Of a stretch of 64,000 bases of DNA, positions 11,901 through 23,136 are shown piece after piece. Source of the stretch: Utricularia gibba. Taxonomy: Eukaryota > Plantae > Magnoliophyta. Under the pieces are notes generated by a model, which did not search any database, was not told the DNA's origin, and saw only the letters and a program-made list of their open reading frames with translations. The position numbers and the translations under genes were made by a program. Positions within the stretch are counted from its first letter, which is position 1, and every line of letters starts with the position of its first letter. The stretch lies in NCBI GenBank assembly GCA_002189035.1, contig NEEC01000014.1, forward strand, positions 2,356,001-2,420,000. Reading direction: 5' to 3'.

Positions 11901-13001
11901 ATGGCTAGAAACCTCTCTGATCTTGGAGGTTGAGAATCTGAGCATTTAACTTGCGTTCTCCAGCTCTTGGTTTTCACTTACCTTTCCCCTGTTTTGCTTG
12001 CAGTGATCCCATCCCCAGAAGCACGAAAAAGTTTGATGAATCTTTCCAAGAGGATGATACGCACGTTCTGTCTCAACATGACTACAAGCCATGGGCAGTC
12101 GTGGACAGCCCTGTCTGATTCTGCTGATGATACTGTCCGGATCACGACTAGGAAAGTTACCGAGCCAGGGCAGCCAAATGGTCTGATTCTCAGTGCTGTC
12201 TCCTCCTCTTGGCTGCCATACCGGCACAACCAAGTCTTTGATTTCTTAAGAGATGAAAAGCGCAGAGCACAGGTAGAAATCTTGATCCTCCCCATGAATT
12301 CTTACCTCTTTCATTTGGTGTCTTACATGATGGTGTTGTACGCATCTCTAATTCACAGCTTGAAGTTCTCTCAAATGGAAATTCTCTGCACGAGGTGGCT
12401 CACATTGCGAATGGTTCCCACCCTGGAAACTGCATTTCTCTTCTTCGCATCAATGTAAGCCTCCTCTGGCATTAAAAGACTGCATCAAACACCTCATTCT
12501 GTATGAAGGCCGAAAATGGATGCAACTCCTCTGGTTTTTCAGGTTGCAAGCAATTCATCCCAAAGTGTGGAGCTTGTTTTACAAGAGAGCTGCTCTGATG
12601 AGTCAGGGAGCATGGTGGTCTATGCCACCATTGATGTTGAAGCGATTCAGATGGCAATGAATGGTGAGGACCCCTCCAACATTCCTCTCCTCCCATTAGG
12701 TTTCATCATCCACCCGATGAAGCAAACCTCTAAAGAAACCACCAAGGGAAGCAAGAGCCATTTGCCTGAGGAAGATGGTATGTCTGGCTGCCTACTGACA
12801 GCCGGACTTCAAGTCCTTGCCAGCACCATACCAACTGCAAAGCTTAACCTGTCCAGTGTCACTGCTGTTGATCACCATATATGCAACATTATTCAGCAAA
12901 TCAGTACGCTTCTAGGAAGCAACAATGGCAACATCTCTAGCCGAGTTCCGGAGATAGAGGCTCCAGAAACTGCAAACAACCCGAACTTGACAACTGAATA
13001 G
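8984..13001 (+). CDS. HDG5: HD-Zip class IV transcription factor (HDG5/ROC3-like): homeodomain, ZLZ, START and SAD domains
   Basis: MYGDCQVLS start; [13 protein letters not shown]...[36 protein letters not shown]; CPNCGG zipper loop; START motifs [16 protein letters not shown] and [18 protein letters not shown]; SAD motif [16 protein letters not shown]. Confidence 0.92.
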
Positions 13002-13031
13002 GCTTTCACGGTGATAGGTTTTGGGGATGTA

Positions 13032-13140
13032 AAAGTCAAGAGCGCACCAGATGTGATCCTTGCTTGCTGTTAAGTCTGTGAAAATGCTTTCAGGCAAGGT
13101 CTCAACAGACAGCAAGGATGGTGGTTCGGGAATTGACTTT
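13032..13140 (+). other. HD-Zip IV 3'UTR motif pair able to form a stem-loop
   Basis: aaagtcaagagcgcacc (13032-13048) is complementary to ggtggttcgggaattgacttt (13120-13140). This resembles the 3'UTR motif known from HD-Zip IV mRNAs. Confidence 0.8.
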
Positions 13141-13495
13141 TGCTCATTGATTCTTCACGTTGGCAACTTGGTTGCACTCCCAGTAGTTCGTGTTGCGGTT
13201 CTGATTCCGTCAAGTTCACCTGTGTAACTCCTGGATGTTAAGGTCTTTTCTGTTTGTTTTTCTGTTCCCCTATTCACTGTGAACTGTGAAATCAAAATTG
13301 AGTCTTTTCATTGACAAACAAACGTTAACAGTATTATTGACATGGTAAAAGGACGTAAGTCATGGAGCTAACTCCATTATTCACTAAGTATAATGTCACT
13401 ACAGGGATTAGTTCAAAACACCGTGGTCATACGGGTCAAGTAAATGCATGAAAGTTAGATAAAGGAATGACAGGGTACTTTTCGGAAGTGGAAAA

Positions 13496-14501
13496 TCAGC
13501 ATTGCTGCAACCATAGCTTTATATCAGCCCTAGGAAAAAAAGCATATTGTCGGGACTGGATACCAGGTCCAGCTGGTCGAGTCCGCCTTGTGATCATGGC
13601 AATGGAAGGTAAAGGGTTACGCCATACTCTTCGATCAGAAGAGAACAGACGTCTATCTGACTCCATGTCAACCATTTTTGGATTGGATTTTGAGAAGCCC
13701 CCTTGATTATTTAGCTGTGATGAGTTGGTCAGCTGCTTCGTCTGTGAGACAGGTGGCCCTCGGATATGAGCTTCTGGTTTCATTCTGTCGAGCCACCGAA
13801 GAATCCAGTTGCCAAGGTTTTTACCAACTTCGATATCCCTCTCTTGGATCTTCAGATGGGTTCTAAGGGCAAAGTCAAATGCCGCTCGAGTTCGACTGAA
13901 AGGAGAGCCATTGTCAAAGGTTACTTAAGCAGAGACAACAAAAGGTGATGACAAGGTAATCTAATAACACAAAAAAATGTAATCACTTAGAAATCAACTG
14001 CCATCAACTTGCACATCACTAAAGAAAAACAAGATGAACTCCAGCACAACAGTGTAATTCTGATACACTGAAACTTTCTTTATTGAAGCCAAGACAGAAT
14101 TTTGTGCAGCAAGTCAGTATGCAATGGATTTGCGTAACAGAGGCAGTAAACACTTCAGTGGATATACACTAACAAATTACCAAACTACATCCAAGAAAAT
14201 TAAAACCAAGACACGGATTTCTCAAACCAGAACAATCAACTAAGAAACAGAAACGTAGCCACCCCACTATTTGCCGCACGAAACAACATGATCGTCACAA
14301 AAACCATCGGAGACACCCGCGGAATCCGGGAATCAAGACAAGAACAATGCCTAATTCAAAGAAAACATACCTCTGAAGAAATCCGCGAGCCTTTGGGTGT
14401 TTCGCACTTACGACCTTTCGTTGCATTCTGAGAGCAAGCCTGTAAGTTCTCTTGAGACCCAAGAAATACGCAGTTGCCAATGTGATCTCCAAAAGCACCA
14501 T
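13496..14501 (-). CDS. Conserved plant protein of unknown function (two exons)
   Basis: Exon 14501-14371 (MVLLEITLATAYFLGLKRTYRLALRMQRK...) splices to 13895-13496 (RTRAAFDFALRTHLKIQERDIEVGKNLGNWILRWLDRMKP...). I recognise this as a conserved uncharacterised angiosperm family. Confidence 0.8.
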
Positions 14502-14878
14502 CTCCAACCTCGCCGCGAAAATCGTTTCGCTGCCTGCACACAAACCTCACCAGGGGTTTTTCTTGATCGTCAAGAAACCTGAATATTCCCCAGAAGATTC
14601 CTCAATTCTAGACGGCATCAAACCGCCATGGGCGACGTTTTTCCGGAAAATTTGAGAACAGATCAAAATTTCGCATATTTATACATGAGATTAGAATGCC
14701 CTACTTGTTGGTTACGTCAGAATAATATTTTTTATTAAATAAAATAATTAGCAGATAATCCCATATATTAATAAACAAATAAATTCGATATTGAAAAGCA
14801 TCCTAGTTTCCTTATCAACTATGAGGGGGCATCTTCTTCCGCAGGGGAGGATTACGCTGTTCAGGCACTTTAAATTTC

Positions 14879-16220
14879 CTATTGTTTGGATGGAAAACCA
14901 GGCGTGGCTGCAATGATCAAAGCAGCCACAATGGCAAAGCCAAAGGTAACAACTGATACAAGACTTGAATGTTGTTTTATCCCACAGGGAATTTCCCACA
15001 CAAGTGGCTCACTTTTCCCTTCAGATACATGGTTTATGGGTACCAGTGAACATTTTTTCTGCAGTGAATGTGTTTCTTTGCTGCACAGAAGCACATCCGG
15101 TTGGCCAAACACAATCTTGGAGAAGTATTCTCCCAGAGGCTGAAACAAGAAGACACGAGGGTGAGAAATCTGGGTCGACATGAACACATACAGGGAATAA
15201 GAAAGTGATACAGGAGTCTTGAGGGGCATGGTAAACAGGCAAGGACTGAGGAGATGATTAAACCTCAAGACTATCATGATACATCAATGTGAACTCACAA
15301 GAGAGGGCAATATGATTTATCTCAGTGAGTGACTACTCTTTGTTTCTTTTAAAGGTCTTAAACTGTTCAAATAATTCCCAACTCTTTCCTGGTATTGTCA
15401 TTGAGATGTCGATGGAATTTGAATCAGAGAGAGGTTTTTAATGATGAGTAATGCTAAAAAACAGTCAAGTATGCAGGCTTACCGGATATCTTGCATGCAA
15501 TGGTATCTTGAGGTTGACTTCCAAATCACTATGAGAAGCTGATACTGATTCAGAAGCATTGTTGATATGGACTTCCACAACAGATCGATTTGATAGGAAA
15601 GAGGGCAATTCTAAGTTTGTGTCACCAAAAACAGCTGCATCTGCGTGTGCTGCAAAAAAAAATTTGAGTTATGAAACCAGAAACGTTGAAGAAGAAAAAG
15701 TAAACCGGTATCGACATTTACCGCGATGCTCTAACTCAAATGGATCCGCAAAGACTCCAAGGGGCAATCTTTCAATAATGACAAGTTCATATGAATGTGA
15801 ACTGAACAAAGATCTTAGTGACGGCTTCAAATTAAGCTTAATGAAAGAAGATAGAGACCGGTGGGAACCTTCACCCACTAGATGTCTCCGTAGCGACTGC
15901 ATCATTGGTGCATTACAGCTTCCTTTTTCAAGCACTTCACATATATCACTCTGAATTCTACTCGCTATAAAATTGTCGAATTCCGAGTCTGTAAAACTGT
16001 TATGTTCCTCAAAATAAGTACTTGCAACATATTTTTCAGCAAAAGCAGCCTCTTCCTACCAGTGTGGATGCAGAAATCAACACCAAAAACCACTATAAAG
16101 GACACAAAACATGAAGGGAAATTGACTTACATGACTAGAAGATGATCCCACCACCAGAAGAAGTAACAAAAGAAACAAAATGAATAGATAACTGTGACAG
16201 TGAATTTTTACGAGCCCCAT
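14879..16220 (-). CDS. PIG-X: Phosphatidylinositol-glycan biosynthesis class X protein (PIG-X/PBN1 family)
   Basis: Signal-peptide exon 16220-16131; IIERLPLGVFADPFELE; AVFGDTNLELPSFLSNRSVVEVH; IPLHARYP; C-terminal transmembrane segment LVSVVTFGFAIVAALIIAA. Confidence 0.88.
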
Positions 16221-17405
16221 TTTGGTTACACCTAAAACATAATTAGAACAGCATGAGTAGTACGAATTCTGAACACCCCCTGTGATGATCAACGTGAACA
16301 AAAAGGAGTCCATCTTAACAAAATTAATTCCTTCATCGAATCGGCCAACAGCATGGGGCAACGAATCTTCTTCCCAACGAACGCAAAAATGAGGAAAATT
16401 ACCCACCTCTAGTTCAGCAAGGATGGAGAATCCCAACTCACCCGGATTCACCTGCAATCCTTGCTGAGAAATCCTCTTGGGAATGGTGAACACAGAAAGC
16501 ACTTTCAACACACACAATTTAATTAAATGTATTTTGATGGAATGGGCCACGTGAGTGTCCGTGAGATATGGGCCCATCAAGATGACCCTTTATCATCCAA
16601 TCGGCCCATTTTACAGTTTTTGGCAAATTTTCCCACACACTCGGCCTACCTAATTTACCTAAATTTGTGAGAAAATAGACACTGGAATTTTCATTTTTAA
16701 AAAATAAAATCGTTTCCGCAATTCCTCGAATTTAGACAGGACACGGACACGCACTGTCTGTCATTGGTCCAATTTCATTAAATGTGGGGGGTCCTTTCAA
16801 ATTGCCCACCTTGTGTTTGTCTTCTTTTTAAAAATAAAACACCCAGTGTTTTTTTTATTACTCAATTAAAAATGTGCACGAAGTCACAATTTTGAGGTGC
16901 TCAAGAGTGGAGGCCCATATGATGGATGGTCCGGTCCATGCACATGCCGTGGTCGAGTTTCCATGGATGAAGAAAGCAGGTGTTAATCTGCTACAACCAG
17001 GATTTGCAGGCGGATTTTCAATGGCCTTCATCATCCAACACGAGCAATTACCAACATTAACTGCAGTTTAAAGTGGAGTGCGCTTCAGACAAGTGGACGC
17101 TTTCTGTAGGTGTAGTTGTCAGAAGCAGATGATTAGTCATTAATGGCTGCTAGGGACTTGCCATCTTCTTCAGGGTCCTACTGAAGAACAATTCTTTGTT
17201 TAATCCACGGCTTGTAATTCACTCCAACAAATTCCCCATAAAAAGACAAACGCAGGGTGCTTGATCACTGGTAAGATGAGTCTACTCACGCGCTCGGACG
17301 CGCTCCCTCCTTTGTCCACTTCTCAGTTTCGTAGAGTGGAGGGCACACTGAAACTGAAAACAACATAAACAAACAGTGGTAGTTTTTGGTAACGTCCAAT
17401 GTGGA

Positions 17406-17531
17406 ATGAATATCTGCAAGTTGCAACTTTTCACCCATGATGGTGGTAAACACAGAATCTGGGCAGGCGATGTCGTTGAGCAATTACTCTTTTATAGCTC
17501 TTCTTGGTTTGTAGAAAAACTAAGAGAATAA
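17406..17531 (+). CDS. Candidate 41-aa upstream ORF in the TPS leader
   Basis: ATG 17406 to TAA 17531 encodes MNICKLQLFTHDGGKHRIWAGDVVEQLLFYSSSWFVEKLRE. It lies upstream of an apparent 5'UTR intron (donor aag|gtaaac near 17626, acceptors near 17886/17907). Confidence 0.55.
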   Translation: MNICKLQLFTHDGGKHRIWAGDVVEQLLFYSSSWFVEKLRE

Positions 17532-17919
17532 AACCCAGAAAGGTTTTTTTTTTCCTTTCTGGGTGCCGGAATCGCTCAGGTTGGGATGCTTGTGTAGTGG
17601 GAATCTTGAGTTTACTTTCCCAAAGGTAAACAAGAATTCAACTATTTGAGTGGCTAATAGATGCGAGCGAAAACTAGTGGAAACCCATGCGATGCTTTAA
17701 GGTTTCCCTTTCTCTAGTACGGTTCATTCTGTTGACTGACCTTTTCCTGCAACTTCATGATAATTTTAATGGGTGTCTCGATTTCTGCATCTCTTCGTTC
17801 TTATTTATGGGGGTGCTCGTTTTCAATTGGGAAGTGTGTTGACTTTGTCCTCTTTCATTTACGCTAATTGGGATTGTTCCCGCAGTTCATTTTTTCCAGT
17901 CTGCAGTATCAGATAAGCG

Positions 17920-20693
17920 ATGGTTTCGAGGTCTTATTCCAATCTATTGGATCTTGCATCTGGTGGTTCTGGTTCATCAACATTTGGTTATGGAGGTAAG
18001 AAGAGGATGCCAAGAGTTGCAACTGTTGGTGGATTGCTATATGAACAAGATGATGAAAGTAGGAGTAATGGCGGTTCTGATGCTGCTCCTTCCTCGATTT
18101 CCCTAGATCGTGTGATTGTAGTCGGAAATCAGTTGCCACTTTGCACGAGCCGGAGCGAATCAGGGCGATGGAGCTTCAGTTGGGATGAGGAGTCTCTTTT
18201 ATTACAATTGAAAGATGGGCTTGGAGATGACACAGAGGTGATCTACGTAGGCTGCCTCGAAGAACAGATTGATGTCAGCGAACAAGATGATGTTTCTCAG
18301 ACACTGCTTGAAACTTTTAAATGTGTTCCTGCTTTCATTCCACCAGAGATCTTCAGTAAGTTTTACCATGGGTTTTGTAAGCAACACTTGTGGCCTCTGT
18401 TTCACTACATGCTGCCTCTATCCCCGGAACATGGAGGCCGCTTCGATCGCAGTTTGTGGCAAGCATATGTATCTGTGAACAAAATATTTGCAGATAAAGT
18501 GATGGAAGTGATCAACCCTGATGATGACTTCGTGTGGATTCATGACTATCATTTGATGATCTTACCAACATTTCTTCGGAAGAGATTCAACAAGGTGAAA
18601 CTTGGGTTTTTCCTTCATAGTCCATTTCCATCATCAGAGATTTATCGAACTTTACCAGTTCGAGTTGAGATACTGAGAGCCCTTTTGAATGCTGATCTTC
18701 TTGGCTTCCATACTTTTGACTATGCCAGGCACTTTCTTTCTTGTTGCAGCAGAATGTTAGGCCTAACATACCAGTCGAAACGAGGGTACATCGGTCTTGA
18801 GTACTATGGTCGGACTGTCAGCATTAAGATCCTTCCAGTTGGGATTCATATGCAGCAGATCCGTTCAGTTCTTGATCTTCCTCAGGTAGAATCGAAAGTT
18901 GCAGAATTAAAGAAAAAGTTTCAGGGGAGAACTGTGTTGCTTGGAGTTGATGACATGGATATCTTCAAAGGAATAAGCTTGAAACTTCTAGCATTTGAGC
19001 AACTGCTCACACAGCATCCTGATAAAAGGGGCAAAGTGGTACTGGTTCAGATTGCGAATCCAGCCAGAGGAAGAGGTAAAGATGTGCAAGAGATCCAGTC
19101 TGAAACTCAGACCATTGTTGCAAGAATCAACACTGCCTTTGGAAAGCCAGGTTATGAGCCGGTAGTCCTCATTGCTACATCACTTCATTCATATGAGCGT
19201 ATACCATGGTATGTTTTAGCTGAGTGCTGTCTGGTTACTGCCGTGAGAGATGGGATGAATCTCATTCCATACGAGTACGTCGTCTGCAGGCAAGGAACAG
19301 AGTTTCTGGATAAATCATTGGACTTGAACCCCGGATCACCAAAAAAAAGCATGCTGGTAGTGTCTGAGTTCATCGGCTGCTCCCCTTCTCTGAGTGGTGC
19401 TATTAGAGTTAACCCATGGAACGTAGATGCTGTTGCAGAAGCTATGGAATCGGCCTTGGTCACCACAGAGCAGGAGAAGCAGATGCGGCATGAGAAGCAT
19501 TATAAGTATGTGAGCAGCCATGATGTTGCATATTGGGCTCAAAGCTTTATGCAGGATCTTGAAAGGGCATGTAGAGATCACGTCAGGAGGAGCTGTTGGG
19601 GTATTGGTTTTGGTCTCGGATTCCATGTGATTGCTCTGGATCCGACCTTCCGGAAGCTGTCAATGGAGCACATTGTATCTGCATACAAAAGGACTAGGAA
19701 CCGTGCAATTCTTCTGGATTATGATAGCCAATTGAATTCTCAGGACTCTGCTGATCAGAGTCCAAGCAGTGAGACTCTAGACATCTTGAACAAGCTTTGT
19801 GCAGATGAGAAAAACGTAGTCTTTGTTGTGAGTGGCAAGAAAAAGGAAACTTTAACAAAATGGTTCGCTTCTTGTGTGCATTTAGGACTTGGAGCGGAAC
19901 ATGGATACTTTGTCAAGTAAGACATGTTCGTTTAGTTATATGAGAATTTGGAAGAAAGAAGCTTACTTACAAATTCTGCATTGTACGTGTTTTCAGGCAG
20001 CAGCATCAGTCAGAGTGGAAGACCTCGATTGCTGCATCGGATACATTCTGGAAGCAGATAGCTGAACCAGTTATGGAGCTATATACAGAAACAACAGATG
20101 GTTCTTTCATAGAAACCAAGGATATTTCACTTGTTTGGAACTACCAACTTGCAGATCCAGACTTCGGATACTGTCAGTCAAAGGAGCTTTTGGATCACCT
20201 GGAAAGTGTACTTGCAAATGAGCCTGTTTCTGTGAAGTCCGGCCAACACACAATTGAAGTGAAGCCTCAGGTTAGCTGTCTCTGTAGATGCTTTTGCAGG
20301 GCAGCAGCGAGCTTTCAATACCATTGTCACCCAATTCGTGTACACTGAACTCATTTGGGGCGTTGGGTGCAGGGAGTAAACAAAGGGCTGATAGCAGAAA
20401 AACTCGTGGCAACGATGAAACAGAAACAAGTCCTCCCCGACTTTGTTCTCTGCATAGGCGATGATCGCTCCGATGACGACATGTTTGAGGTAATACTTGG
20501 TGCCAGGGAGGCGAACTTGCTCTCACCAATTGCAGAAGTATTTACTTGCACGGTGGGGCAGAAGCCGAGCAAGGCAAAGTACTATTTGGAGGACAGTTCA
20601 GAGATCTTAAGGATGTTCCAACGCTTAGTTGCCTCAGAACAGTCTGCTTTATGTGAAAGCTTCTCTACTGCTGTTACTATAGATGAAATATAG
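17920..20693 (+). CDS. Class II trehalose-6-phosphate synthase/phosphatase (TPS5/TPS6-like)
   Basis: MVSRSYSNLLDLASG start; FYHGFCKQHLWPLFHY; WIHDYHLM; FFLHSPFPSSEIYR; VRDGMNLIPYEY; GDDRSDDDMF. Exons 17920-19916, 19997-20270 and 20373-20693. Confidence 0.96.
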
Positions 20694-21023
20694 AAGAACA
20701 GAGAACTGGTGTGATTTGTGTACCTTGAAATGGCATGAGCGAGCTACCACTTGGGAGTGCACAGAAGAATGGTATGTGACTTTCATTGCACTTCATCATC
20801 CCTTTCTTCTTCTATGTGCAATCAATCTTCAGCAGAGTTAGCAACATCCCGGTTTTTCTTTCACAATCACTTGAATAAGTAGCATAAATGCATACACATA
20901 ATCTTAATGACAGTACACTTGAAGATCACTTTCCCATTACACAATCTGAGCGTTGGAAAAGTGCATCTTGAATCCAGACACGGCTTAGTGCACTATCAAA
21001 CCAGTGTTTCCAGCATCATATCA

Positions 21024-22446
21024 TCATTCCCTGCGTTTGTTGCTAACTAAAGTAGGAGTTACGGTTACAGCACCTATTAGAAACAACGTTACAATCGACT
21101 GCACGTCGTAGAGATCACCAACTGACTGCAACTCACCAAGAGTTATTCCAGCCTGCAGGAAGAAATCAGCATAGCATTGGAATGAATCATTGTTAGCATC
21201 AATAAGGCTCATAGCATGCCCTGACAGAATGCATAAAAAAGGAGGATAGGGTACGAAGATATACCCTGACAGTAACATATGCAGCTGGAATGAGCCCGAT
21301 GACAGTACCCAATAAGAAAATGTGGTAAGGGACATCAACGATCGGTGAAGCAACATTTATGAATGTGTTGGGTAGTGTTGGAGTTACTCTCAAGAAAAGC
21401 ATGTAGTTTAGCAGCCGTGCACGTCGTTTAGCCACCTGAAGGGGGAGAAGATCAAAGCCAGATCAGAAAAATGAAAGGGTGAGGGAATACTGTAAACTGA
21501 AAACTACATATCAGTCACCTGGGACTGAAAGAATATCAGTTTGTCAGGCCACATGGAGAAGATAAGTGGTCGACCTATAATTTTTGATAAGAAAAAGCAT
21601 GAAGATGCACCCGCTGTAGCTGCGAAGACGACAAGAGCAACTCCCTTGAATACCCCGAAAAGAGCTCCGGCAAGTAAGGACATGAAAATAGTTCCAGGAA
21701 TCATAAAAGTCTGCATAAAAATGTAGACCATAGAGTATCCAACGAGAACTTGCACGGTGTAGTCGCTCGTATAGCTTTCCAGGTTATCTCTTCACACAAA
21801 AAGGAGAAACAATTAAGCATTGGGGCAGGAAGGGAACCATCAGATCAAATCATTATCAACGCCTAGAAGCAGTAACAAGCCAACTCATACTCCAAATGCA
21901 CTTGTTAAAGGGATCGAGCAAAACATCAACATGAAAGGAGGGGATAATCCATGAGTGTAATTGCATCTCAAACCAAAGTTCATTTCGGAAGGGAAAAAAA
22001 CAGCCCTTCTGAAAAACCAAGCGCTTTACAGAAAGGAGGTCTGACTACAGATCATTGACGATCTTAGATCGCCTGTCGAATTTTCAGCAGTAATTCTACA
22101 TGAAATTCACATACTTTCTAATACATAAAAGTTCACAGAGCTCCACAAACAAATCAAAACTAGACAAGGACTGAAAAACAATCCGCTTGAGCAAAACAAA
22201 TAAAAAAGTTATCCAAAGAGAAAGAAGCGAATCAGACAAGAACAAGAATACTAACTACCTGAGAATTTGCAGATCCTCCAAAGACCGTGGCAGCTTAAGA
22301 AAACTATAATCAGAAGCAGGCATCGTCATATACACTACCACCAAACCTAACACAAACCCAAATACGACGAGACTCGCTATCGTCATCTCCCACGCCGTCA
22401 GCGGAAACTTCCTCCGTTCACCCCTATCACCGACGCTCGCATCCAT
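21024..22446 (-). CDS. VTT/SNARE-associated Golgi membrane protein (TVP38/TMEM41 family)
   Basis: Four exons giving FLKLPRSLEDLQILRDNLE, YIFMQTFMIPGTIFMSLLAGALFG, LNYMLFLRVTPTLPNTFINVASPIVDVPY and AGITLGELQS. Confidence 0.9.
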
Positions 22447-22774
22447 GTCCTCGAAGAACAAATTTGTCCTAGTCTGGGTCGTCCGTAAATCCTGTGAAAT
22501 CCTCACGTAAACATGGCGTTTTTTTTTACCGAATCTGGATTCCGAGAAGAATGGCCATAGACCCAAATCCCAAGAGGCGATTTTGCGTAGATGACTAGTT
22601 TGAAAGAAGGAGAGGTTAGGAGGATTCCTGCTCCTTGTCAATCTTTGCTTCAGGAGCAATCTCCCTCCATCCCTCCAAACCCATAAATTCCATGAAGCGG
22701 GGATCCGGTCTCCGAATATTCGTCTCGAACCATCGAAAAATTAAACTTATATACACCTCCAAAGTGTGTATTAG

Positions 22775-22841
22775 ATTCAGTTTCCAGTCAAATATTCTCC
22801 TTTAAGGTCTGTATCACATTCAGTTTCTAGTCAAATATTCT
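22775..22841. repeat. 24-bp direct repeat, 43-bp period, upstream of the VTT gene
   Basis: attcagtttccagtcaaatattct (22775-22798) and attcagtttctagtcaaatattct (22818-22841). Confidence 0.85.
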
Positions 22842-23136
22842 GTGGGTGATTCTCAACACGTATGCTTCTTCATCCTTCCCATTCTTACAAATCATGTCGG
22901 GACCAGTTGAATGGTACTTCAATTTCAACATCTTAATTACTCAAGTCCAACTGTTGGCATCTCCAATGATGTATGGTGGTGTAACAATCGAACAAAAGTT
23001 GTGTTCTTTTCGAACAAACGAATGTCTCAGATGGCTCAAAACTATTTCTGAGCATACTGATCATTTAGTTGAGGGAATACTGAAGCTTCTATAACTATAA
23101 CAAAATGTAAACAAACATCTTGTCTGTGCATAATGT

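Noticed and set aside
16077-16580. 167-aa minus-strand ORF
   Set aside because: Only its distal part is PIG-X exon 1. The rest is promoter/leader and intron with no recognisable motif.
16874-17071. 65-aa ORF upstream of TPS
   Set aside because: It has a GTG start, no motif, and probably lies upstream of the TSS.
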